Shown: positions 15,277 through 24,000 of the stretch, piece by piece | Layout of the letters: every line of letters begins with the position of its first letter | How positions within the stretch are numbered: position 1 is the first letter of the stretch | NCBI GenBank assembly: GCA_034189865.1 | Contig: JAXHTV010000003.1 | Span: forward strand, 109,318 to 133,317 | Length of the DNA stretch: 24,000 bases | Source of the DNA: Pseudomonadota bacterium | GTDB taxonomy: Bacteria > Pseudomonadota > Gammaproteobacteria > UBA5335 | Reading direction: 5' to 3' | The notes under the pieces: model-generated | Told to the model about the DNA's origin: nothing | Databases searched by the model: none | Seen by the model: the letters and a program-made list of their open reading frames with translations, nothing else | Position numbers and translations under genes: made by a program

Positions 15277-17658
15277 TTACTCCCTAATTTTCGCATCGAA
15301 GCGACTATTCATTATATTGACGGCCCGAGCGACATAAGCATCAACCTCTTGGTCCTCAAGCGTGCGTGAATCTTTCTGGAAAATCAAGCCTAAAGCGATA
15401 CTTTTTGAACCGGACTCTATCCCTTTCCCCTGATAGGCGTCGAACAGCACGAGATCGACCAAGGTCTCATCAAGCGCTTCGCGCACAGCATCCACCAACG
15501 CCGCGCTAGCGATCTCCGACGATACAATGACCGCAATATCTCGTCGTACAGAGGGATACCGCGAGACGGGGCGATGCGCGGGAACGCTAACCGTCGAAGC
15601 GATTTCACAATCAAACTCAAACAAAACAGGGCTCTGCGGAAGCTCTAGTGCATCGACCAACTTCGGATGCAGGGTACCAAGCCAACCGACCGGATGTTCC
15701 CCTTTTGTGACAATTTGCGCGCACTGCCCTGGATGCAGCGCCGGGTGTTCTGCCTTGATAGTCCGAAACTCGCCTCGTCTTCCCGTGGATTGCCAGATCG
15801 CCGCCAAGTCGCCTTTGATATGAAAAAAGTCGACTTGTTGCTCAGGCTGCCCCCATTGCTCGGGCTCTGTGGGTCCGAATGCCAAGCCCCCGATCCGTTT
15901 GCGTTGAAGAATATTTCCCCCAAGACGGCTGAACACCAAACCGATCTCGAACAATCTCACACGGTTTTGCTGACGGGACAAATTATGTATCAGCGTACTA
16001 ATCAAGCCAGGCCAGAGCCCGGTTCTCATTTGAGCCAGTTCACTGGAGATGGGATTAGCCAAGTCCAATGGCGCGCCTTCAGTCGGGAAATACCGCTGGA
16101 TCTTGGGGTCTACGAAACTGTAGGTGACGACCTCGTGATATCCGCGTTGAACGAAAACTTCTTTGATTCGTTCCTGGGGGGCCACCTGCTCACTGAGCCG
16201 TGGCATCGAAAAGCGAGTCATCGGCTCCCGGACGAACAGCCTTTCGTAACCATGGACACGAACGATCTCTTCGATGAGATCGGCTTCGATAGCGATGTCG
16301 TAGCGATGCGGAGGTGACTCGACGTACCAATCCCCCCCCTCACGCCGAAACGGCATCTGCAATCGCCGGAGTATCCCGTCGACGGCCTCGTCGTCGACCA
16401 CAAAACCGAGGATGCGGTCGAGTCGCGAGCGGCGCAGTTTAATCTCCGCTCCTCGCCCCAGATCGGTGGTCCCTTCGGGCAACACCACGGGCCCGGCTTT
16501 ACCGCCAGCGATCTGTAACAGCAAACTGGTGGCGCGCTCTAATGCGCGACACTGCAGTGCCGGGTCGACTCCCCGCTCAAAACGATGTGAGGAGTCGGTA
16601 TGCAGCCCCAAACGCCGAGCCCGCCCGAGAACCACCTTAGGCGAAAACGAGGCACTCTCTAGAAAAACGGATGTCGTGTTCTCGCCTACCGACGATCGGC
16701 TCCCCCCCATGATTCCGGCAACCGCTACCGGACCGCTTTGATCCGCGATAACAAGCACGTCGGCGCTCAAGGACACTTCGCGACCATCGAGTAAAACCAG
16801 CGGCTCTTCCGCGCGAGCAAATCGGACTTGTAGGCTACCTTTCAGCCGCTCAAGATCGAAGGCGTGCATGGGTTGTCCCAGCTCGAGCATTACATAGTTG
16901 GTGACATCGACCACGATGCCCGTACTGCGAATACCGCCCCTCCGTAGACGCTCCTTCATCCAGTCGGGCGTCCGTGCACTCGGATTCAAATCTCGAATCA
17001 CACGACCGGCATAACGGGGGCAAGCGTCCGGATCGGCGATCGAAATCGCGATGCTTTCATCCAGCGCGATCGGCACCGCAGTATCGGGAATCACCCTCAG
17101 ATCGGCCTCAGTAAGCGCGTGAACTTCCCTCGCGACCCCCTGAATACTGAGACAATCTCCTCGGTTCGGCGTCAGATCGATCTCGATAATCGAGTCGTCT
17201 AAAGCCAACCATTGCCGTAAGTCCGAACCTACGGGCGCATCCTCAGACAACTCCATCAGGCCATCCGGCGCATCGCCGAGCCCCAACTCGCGAGCCGAAC
17301 AAAGCATTCCGTGAGACGAAACTCCCCGCAACTCTGTGGCCTCGATCCCGACATGGCCGGGCAGTTCCGCCCCGGGCAAGGCCGCGGGTACCCGCATCCC
17401 AGCGCGCACGTTCGACGCACCGCAGACGATTTGAACCGGCTCAGGACGATCCACATCTACCCGACAAACGCGGAGTTTATCGGCATCCGGGTGTCGCTCA
17501 ACCTCGAGCACCCGTCCGACCACAACACCGGAGAACGGTGGAGCCGCCGGCTCCACACCGTCGACCTCCAACCCGGCCATGGTCAAACAGCTCGCCAACT
17601 CGTTCGTGTCGATTGGCGGGTTCACCCACTCTCTGAGCCACTGTTCGCTAAATCGCAT
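15277..17658 (-). CDS. pheT: Phenylalanine--tRNA ligase beta subunit
   Basis: 793 aa. It begins MRFSEQWLREWVNP and has the tRNA-binding domain (VVGRVLEVERHPDADKLRVCRVD), B3/4 and B5 domains and a C-terminal anticodon-binding-like domain. It lies directly downstream of pheS. Confidence 0.97.
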   Translation of the reverse strand: MRFSEQWLREWVNPPIDTNELASCLTMAGLEVDGVEPAAPPFSGVVVGRVLEVERHPDADKLRVCRVDVDRPEPVQIVCGASNVRAGMRVPAALPGAELPGHVGIEATELRGVSSHGMLCSARELGLGDAPDGLMELSEDAPVGSDLRQWLALDDSIIEIDLTPNRGDCLSIQGVAREVHALTEADLRVIPDTAVPIALDESIAISIADPDACPRYAGRVIRDLNPSARTPDWMKERLRRGGIRSTGIVVDVTNYVMLELGQPMHAFDLERLKGSLQVRFARAEEPLVLLDGREVSLSADVLVIADQSGPVAVAGIMGGSRSSVGENTTSVFLESASFSPKVVLGRARRLGLHTDSSHRFERGVDPALQCRALERATSLLLQIAGGKAGPVVLPEGTTDLGRGAEIKLRRSRLDRILGFVVDDEAVDGILRRLQMPFRREGGDWYVESPPHRYDIAIEADLIEEIVRVHGYERLFVREPMTRFSMPRLSEQVAPQERIKEVFVQRGYHEVVTYSFVDPKIQRYFPTEGAPLDLANPISSELAQMRTGLWPGLISTLIHNLSRQQNRVRLFEIGLVFSRLGGNILQRKRIGGLAFGPTEPEQWGQPEQQVDFFHIKGDLAAIWQSTGRRGEFRTIKAEHPALHPGQCAQIVTKGEHPVGWLGTLHPKLVDALELPQSPVLFEFDCEIASTVSVPAHRPVSRYPSVRRDIAVIVSSEIASAALVDAVREALDETLVDLVLFDAYQGKGIESGSKSIALGLIFQKDSRTLEDQEVDAYVARAVNIMNSRFDAKIRE

Positions 17659-17702
17659 GATTCACCGTCTTACTTGACGCCAGGTTGCCCTAAGTCCGAT
17701 GT

Positions 17703-18777
<1,075 letters not shown>

Positions 18778-18819
18778 TACATTTGGCGATCCACCTACGG
18801 TTCGCAGGCGGATCCGGAT

Positions 18820-19179
18820 TTACTGGGAAAGACCGGCTTTGGCCTGCTCAGCGAGCTGAGCAAAAGCAGCTTTGTCATACACCGCGATATCGGCCAGAAC
18901 CTTGCGATCGATCTCTATGCCTGCTTCGCGAAGACCGTGGATGAATCGGCTATAAGACAGTCCGCTATCTCGCGCGGCCGCATTGATTCGTACGATCCAA
19001 AGGCTACGGAAATCCCGCTTCTTTTGACGACGGTCCCGATATGCGTATTGGCCGGCTTTGATGACCGCCTGCTTCGCAGTACGGTAGGTTCGACTACGCG
19101 CGCCATAGTAACCTTTGGCCTTGTCTAATATCTTTTTATGACGAGCATGGGCGGTAACGCCTCGCTTTACTCTAGGCAT
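18820..19179 (-). CDS. rplT: 50S ribosomal protein L20
   Basis: [30 protein letters not shown]..., 119 aa. Canonical L20, downstream of rpmI. Confidence 0.97.
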   Translation of the reverse strand: MPRVKRGVTAHARHKKILDKAKGYYGARSRTYRTAKQAVIKAGQYAYRDRRQKKRDFRSLWIVRINAAARDSGLSYSRFIHGLREAGIEIDRKVLADIAVYDKAAFAQLAEQAKAGLSQ

Positions 19180-19203
19180 GATTCACATTCTCCCTGCGCG
19201 TGT

Positions 19204-19401
19204 TTAGCGATACGGAAGCTGACGGGCGATAGCCGCCGCGTCACAAGCCGCAACCTGGGTTTGAGAGCGTAGCCCTCGCTTACGCTTGGTCGACTTCTTT
19301 GTGAGAATGTGATTTTTATTGGCGTGGCTACGTTTAAAACCGCCGCCGCCGGTGCGAGCGAATCGTTTCGCAGCACCGCGATTTGTCTTGATCTTCGGCA
19401 T
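19204..19401 (-). CDS. rpmI: 50S ribosomal protein L35
   Basis: [14 protein letters not shown]...[13 protein letters not shown] prefer the second of two tandem ATGs (19401), which has GGAG 6 nt upstream and matches the E. coli L35 N-terminus. Confidence 0.95.
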   Translation of the reverse strand: MPKIKTNRGAAKRFARTGGGGFKRSHANKNHILTKKSTKRKRGLRSQTQVAACDAAAIARQLPYR

Positions 19402-19451
19402 CATAAACTCCGCATTTCAATGTAATAGATACCCCAACCGTTCGGGGCCAC

Positions 19452-19970
19452 TTATTTTTTCTTCGGCGACAGAAGCATCACCATTTGACGACCTTCCATC
19501 TTAGGTTCCTGCTCCACGGTTCCATACTCTTCGAGATCCGCGCGCACCCGCTCGAGCAATTCCAGCCCAAGTCCTCTATGCTGCATTTCACGCCCTCGAA
19601 AGCGTAAGGTTACCTTGGCTTTGTCGCCGTCATTTAGGAAACGTATCAGGTTGCGTAGCTTGACCTGATAATCCCCTTGGTCAGTTCCTGGACGGAACTT
19701 AACTTCCTTAATTTGGATCTGTTTTTGTTTTCGCTTGGCCGCTTGCTGTGACTTGGCTTTCTCAAAAAGGTACTTGCCGTAGTCCATAATGCGACAGACG
19801 GGAGGTTCGGCGTTAGGCGAAACTTCAACCAGATCCAGGCCAGCGTCTTGTGCGAGTCGCAACGCATCTTCGATGCTTTGTACCCCCAATTGCTCACCCT
19901 CAGAATCGATCACCCGAACGTTTCGTACAGTGATTTGCTCGTTACGGCGGGCAGTCTTGTCGGCAGCGAT
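19452..19970 (-). CDS. infC: Translation initiation factor IF-3, non-canonical ATC start
   Basis: The track ORF starts at an internal GTG (19913), but the frame stays open upstream to the thrS stop. The extra residues (..[23 protein letters not shown]) align with the IF3 N-terminus. The only plausible initiator is ATC at 19970-19968, with GGGAGG 8 nt upstream. Conserved [11 protein letters not shown] and [13 protein letters not shown] are present. Confidence 0.9.
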   Translation of the reverse strand: MAADKTARRNEQITVRNVRVIDSEGEQLGVQSIEDALRLAQDAGLDLVEVSPNAEPPVCRIMDYGKYLFEKAKSQQAAKRKQKQIQIKEVKFRPGTDQGDYQVKLRNLIRFLNDGDKAKVTLRFRGREMQHRGLGLELLERVRADLEEYGTVEQEPKMEGRQMVMLLSPKKK

Positions 19971-19973
19971 ATG

Positions 19974-21899
19974 TCAATCCTCCCATTTCACCTTACCGAG
20001 ACCCTCAATATCACGGGACAAGCCTTCGGCAAACGCTTCCACGCTTTTGGTGCCGAGATCTGTGCCACCGTGTGTCCTAACGGCCACGGTATCGGATTCC
20101 AGTTCCTTATCCCCCACAATCAGCATGTAGGGAACCTTTCGCAAAGTGTGCTCGCGGATTTTAAAGCCGATCTTTTCGTTTCTCAAGTCGACTTCCGCCC
20201 GAAAACCCTGATTTGACAAGATTTGTGCCATTTTTTCAGCGTAGTCGCGCTGACGATCAGTGATATTCATGATGACCACCTGGATGGGCGCAAGCCAAGT
20301 CGGCAGCGCGCCAGCGTAGTGCTCAAGCAATATTCCGATAAAACGCTCAAGCGAACCGAGTATGGCACGATGCAACATAACAGGCGTTTGCCGAGTTCCA
20401 TCTTCGGCGACGTACTGCGCGCCCAGCCGACTCGGCATGGAAAAATCCAGTTGTATCGTCCCCAGTTGCCACACTCGATTGAGGCAATCTTTTAAGGAAA
20501 ACTCGATCTTTGGACCGTAGAACGCGCCCTCTCCTGGCTGCAGCTCCCATTCAAGCCCCTTGGCATCAAGGGCTTGTTGCAGTGCATGTTCCGCGCGATC
20601 CCAAATATCGTCGGATCCAACACGCTGCTCCGGGCGCGTCGAGAACTTAATCAACACCTCATCGAAGCCGAAGTCGCCATACACTTCGAATACCAGGTCG
20701 ATAAATGCGGAGACTTCCGATTGAATCTGGGCTTCCGTGCAAAAAATATGGGCATCGTCCTGAACGAAATTGCGCACCCGCATCAACCCATGCAGCGTAC
20801 CGGAGGGTTCATTTCGATGACACGAACCGAACTCCGCCATGCGTAGCGGCAGATCACGATAGCTATGCAATCCATGATTATAGATCTGCACGTGGCACGG
20901 GCAGTTCATGGGTTTGACGGCATAGTCGCGATTCTCCGAATGTGTCGTGAACATCGCGTCGCCGAATTTCTCCCAATGCCCTGATTTTTCCCAGAGACTT
21001 CGATCGACAATCTGAGGCGTATGCACTTCCATGTAACCGCGCCGTTTCAAGCGCGCGCGGATGTAATCTTGTACTTGGGTATAGATACGCCAGCCCGAGT
21101 CGTGCCAAAACACCATGCCCGGTGCTTCTTCCTGGGTATGAAACAAGTCCATGACCTTGGCAATACGACGATGATCGCGCTTTTGCGCTTCCTCGATCCG
21201 GTGAAGATAGGCCTTGAGCGCTTTTTTGTCCGGCCACGCCGTGCCGTAGACTCGTTGCAGCTGCTCGTTGTGCGCATCTCCCCGCCAAAACGCACCGGCT
21301 AGTTTGGTTAACTTAAAGGCCTTGAGTTTGCCAGTGCTGGGCACATGGGGCCCCCGGCATAAATCGACGAACTCCCCCTGTCGGTACAGAGAGATGGCTT
21401 CGTTCTCGGGAATCTCGGAGATAATTTCCGCTTTGTAATCTTCGCCCATTTCACGAAAGTATTGGATCGCATCATCACGATCCATCACTTCCCTATTCAC
21501 TTGCAAATTCATTGAGGCCAACTTGCCCATGCGTTCCTCAATGGCCTGCAAGTCCTCTGGCGTAAATGGGCGTTCGAACGCGAAATCATAATAGAAGCCG
21601 TCTTCGATCACCGGACCGATGGTCACTTGCGCCGTCGGAAAAAGATCTTTCACCGCCTGTGCCAAAAGATGGGCTGTGGAATGACGGATGACTTCCAAGC
21701 CTTCTGGATCACGATCGGTGATGATGGCAAGTTCCGCGTCACGGTCGATCACATAGCTGGTGTCAACCAAACGGCCATCAACCTGTCCGGCCAGTGCGGC
21801 CTTGGCCAGACCAGGACCAATCGCCTCAGCGACGTCGGCCACGGATATCGGTTGGTCGAATTGGCGTTGACCGCCGTCCGGTAGGGTAATGGTAAGCAT
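19974..21899 (-). CDS. thrS: Threonine--tRNA ligase
   Basis: 641 aa. N-terminal TGS domain (MLTITLPDG...), an editing domain, class II core motifs ([36 protein letters not shown]) and a C-terminal anticodon-binding domain. Confidence 0.97.
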   Translation of the reverse strand: MLTITLPDGGQRQFDQPISVADVAEAIGPGLAKAALAGQVDGRLVDTSYVIDRDAELAIITDRDPEGLEVIRHSTAHLLAQAVKDLFPTAQVTIGPVIEDGFYYDFAFERPFTPEDLQAIEERMGKLASMNLQVNREVMDRDDAIQYFREMGEDYKAEIISEIPENEAISLYRQGEFVDLCRGPHVPSTGKLKAFKLTKLAGAFWRGDAHNEQLQRVYGTAWPDKKALKAYLHRIEEAQKRDHRRIAKVMDLFHTQEEAPGMVFWHDSGWRIYTQVQDYIRARLKRRGYMEVHTPQIVDRSLWEKSGHWEKFGDAMFTTHSENRDYAVKPMNCPCHVQIYNHGLHSYRDLPLRMAEFGSCHRNEPSGTLHGLMRVRNFVQDDAHIFCTEAQIQSEVSAFIDLVFEVYGDFGFDEVLIKFSTRPEQRVGSDDIWDRAEHALQQALDAKGLEWELQPGEGAFYGPKIEFSLKDCLNRVWQLGTIQLDFSMPSRLGAQYVAEDGTRQTPVMLHRAILGSLERFIGILLEHYAGALPTWLAPIQVVIMNITDRQRDYAEKMAQILSNQGFRAEVDLRNEKIGFKIREHTLRKVPYMLIVGDKELESDTVAVRTHGGTDLGTKSVEAFAEGLSRDIEGLGKVKWED

Positions 21900-21999
21900 G
21901 TGAGTTTATCTCCAGTGGTGACCGATACGAGGGGCCACATGCATTGCGTCTGAGTGATCGATGCGGAGCGCGAAAGCTTCTTCGCTCCGCCCGGAAAAC

Positions 22000-22076
22000 T
22001 GGTAGGCGCGATTGGACTCGAACCAACGACCCCCACCATGTCAAGGTGGTGCTCTAACCAGCTGAGCTACGCGCCT
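22000..22076 (-). tRNA. tRNA-Val (anticodon GAC)
   Basis: The reverse complement folds as a 77-nt cloverleaf: AGGCGCG TA GCTC AGCTGGTTA GAGC A CCACC TTGACAT GGTGG GGGTC GTTGG TTCGAGT CCAAT CGCGCCT A CCA. It is near-identical in its core to E. coli tRNA-Val(GAC). Confidence 0.93.
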
Positions 22077-22182
22077 GTCGTCAGGACGGAAAACAATACC
22101 CAAACCGGCCGCCAAAAACAAGCAAAACGCACTCTGGCCGGGCCCCGTCTACAGCAATGGACACGATCATCGGCCGGCAACG

Positions 22183-24000
22183 TCACACCGCTTTTCGGTC
22201 GATTCCCAATTCATGTGCTCTAAGCGCGGTGATTTGGTCCCGCAGACGCGCCGCCTCTTCGAACTCCAGATCCCGCGCGTGGCGATGCATTTGCTGCTCG
22301 AGATCTTTCACCAACGCATCGATTCTGGTGGGCGTCAACTCCTCGTTCGGAATGGATCGATCGCCCGCCACGAGCGGTGTACTCACCCGTTGTCGCACCG
22401 GCCCGGCATAGCCTGCCTCCAATACATCGGCCACCGACTTCTCGATGCTCTGCGGGACAATACCATGGGCTTCGTTATACGCGATTTGCTTGCGACGACG
22501 CCGATCAGTCTCTTCCATTGCGCTTTTCATGGAATCGGTGATGCGGTCCGCATACAAGATGGCGGTCCCGCGGACGTTCCGAGCTGCCCGACCAATGGTC
22601 TGAATCAGTGACCTCTCGGATCGTAAGAATCCTTCCTTGTCCGCATCCAGAATGGCCACCAGCGAAACTTCCGGCATATCCAGCCCTTCGCGCAGTAGGT
22701 TGATCCCGACCAACACATCGAAATCGCCCAGGCGTAGTCCGCGGATAATTTCCATGCGCTCCACGGTGTCGATGTCGGAATGAAGATACCGCACGCGGAC
22801 GTCGTATTCTTGAAGATAGTCTGTCAGATCCTCCGCCATACGCTTGGTGAGCGTGGTCACAAGGACTCGATCACCAAGCGCCACGCGTTCGCGGATCTGC
22901 CCGAGCAGATCATCGACCTGCGTGCTGGCCGGGCGAACCTCCAACGCCGGATCGACCAAGCCCGTCGGACGGACAACCTGTTCAATCACTGCATCGGAGT
23001 GGGACCGCTCATACGGCCCAGGCGTCGCCGAAACAAAAAGAGATTGCGGCGCCAGACGTTCGAATTCCTCGAACTTCAGCGGCCGGTTGTCCAGAGCGGA
23101 TGGCAACCGAAAACCGTACTCCACCAGATTTTCCTTACGGGATCGGTCACCGCGGTACATCGCGCCCAACTGGGGAATGGTGACATGACTTTCGTCGATA
23201 ACCAGCAATGCATCAGGCGGAAGGTAGTCGAACAAGGTGGGCGGCGGCTCGCCTGGCTGTCGACCTGACAAATATCGCGAGTAGTTTTCGATGCCGGAGC
23301 AGTAACCGAGCTCGACGATCATTTCGATGTCGAACTGTGTGCGTTGCTCCAATCGCTGCGCCTCGACCAGCCGATTTTGATCCCGCAACACTTTCAGGCG
23401 CTCCCGCAGCTCCGACTTAATCTCCTCGACGGCATCCAACAGGGTGGTTCGTGGCGTCACATAATGACTCTTCGGATAGACAGTGAAGCGCGGCACTTTA
23501 TGCAATACCCGCCCCGTCAGCGGGTCGAAAAGCGACAAACTTTCAACCTCATCGTCAAACAGCTCAATCCGCACCGCCTCCCGCTCGGATTCGGCTGGAT
23601 GAATGTCGATCACGTCCCCCCGGACGCGATAAGTGGCACGCACAAGCTCTACTTCATTCCGCGTATACTGCAGTTCCGCCAGCCGACGCAGGATCGCCCG
23701 TTGATCAATCCGGTCTCCGCGGACCAAGTGGAGAACCATGCTGAAGTAAGCTTGCGGGTCGCCGAGCCCGTATATAGCCGACACACTGGCGACAATAACG
23801 GCGTCGCGCCGCTCCATCAGTGCTTTTGTGGCCGAAAGCCGCATCTGCTCAATGTGATCGTTGATAGACGCGTCTTTCTCGATATACGTGTCTGTGGAAG
23901 GCACGTATGCTTCAGGCTGGTAGTAGTCGTAATAAGAAACAAAATATTCGACGGCATTGCGCGGGAAAAATCCTTTCATCTCTCCGTACAGCTGGGCCGC
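22183..24000 (-). CDS. uvrB: Excinuclease ABC subunit B, C-terminal ~600 aa (N-terminus outside window)
   Basis: The frame is open to base 24000 (..[34 protein letters not shown]). It has the helicase motifs VIDESHVT and [30 protein letters not shown], and the C-terminal UVR motif ([13 protein letters not shown]). Confidence 0.95.
   Translation of the reverse strand, partial: AAQLYGEMKGFFPRNAVEYFVSYYDYYQPEAYVPSTDTYIEKDASINDHIEQMRLSATKALMERRDAVIVASVSAIYGLGDPQAYFSMVLHLVRGDRIDQRAILRRLAELQYTRNEVELVRATYRVRGDVIDIHPAESEREAVRIELFDDEVESLSLFDPLTGRVLHKVPRFTVYPKSHYVTPRTTLLDAVEEIKSELRERLKVLRDQNRLVEAQRLEQRTQFDIEMIVELGYCSGIENYSRYLSGRQPGEPPPTLFDYLPPDALLVIDESHVTIPQLGAMYRGDRSRKENLVEYGFRLPSALDNRPLKFEEFERLAPQSLFVSATPGPYERSHSDAVIEQVVRPTGLVDPALEVRPASTQVDDLLGQIRERVALGDRVLVTTLTKRMAEDLTDYLQEYDVRVRYLHSDIDTVERMEIIRGLRLGDFDVLVGINLLREGLDMPEVSLVAILDADKEGFLRSERSLIQTIGRAARNVRGTAILYADRITDSMKSAMEETDRRRRKQIAYNEAHGIVPQSIEKSVADVLEAGYAGPVRQRVSTPLVAGDRSIPNEELTPTRIDALVKDLEQQMHRHARDLEFEEAARLRDQITALRAHELGIDRKAV

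Noticed and set aside
21963-21990. Hairpin GCGGAGCG-N12-CGCTCCGC between tRNA-Val and thrS, considered as a terminator or a ThrRS translational operator (a tRNA-Thr anticodon-arm mimic as in E. coli)
   Set aside because: No U-tract follows on either strand, so it is not a clear intrinsic terminator. I could not find a convincing anticodon-loop mimic (a loop bearing a CGU, GGU or UGU anticodon triplet) next to the SD in 21900-21962. The function is left undetermined.

Overview
The window looks like a gammaproteobacterial chromosome segment with three parts.

(1) Bases 1-9.3 kb:
- The 3' part of metH.
- A methyl-accepting chemotaxis protein (MCP) gene.
- A cluster of a porin-like outer-membrane protein (OMP), a small PstS-like periplasmic protein, and a paralogous porin-like OMP.
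- On the other strand, a minus-strand block converging on that cluster: a YtfP-like gamma-glutamylcyclotransferase gene, then a Nudix-like/wHTH NAD regulator (NadQ/NrtR class), then nadA. A palindromic operator overlaps a TTGACT-17-TAGTAT promoter in front of nadA.

(2) About 9.4-14.4 kb: an accessory-looking block that appears lower in GC.
- An alpha/beta hydrolase.
- A complete LuxR / lux box / LuxI quorum-sensing locus.
- An unrecognised 131-aa ORF translationally coupled to luxI.
- A sensor-less degenerate-GGDEF/EAL protein.
- The block ends at the 3' end of tRNA-Pro(GGG).

(3) 14.4-24 kb: a conserved housekeeping array, all on the minus strand. In transcription order it is uvrB (partial), tRNA-Val(GAC), thrS, infC (non-canonical ATC start), rpmI, rplT, pheS, pheT, ihfA, a MerR-family gene and tRNA-Pro.

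I see no CRISPR array, transposase, integrase or recognisable defence genes.

The two best candidates for something undescribed are the luxI-coupled 131-aa ORF and the MCP / porin / mini-PBP / porin cluster. Both are hypotheses from sequence reading and gene context only. No database search was possible.
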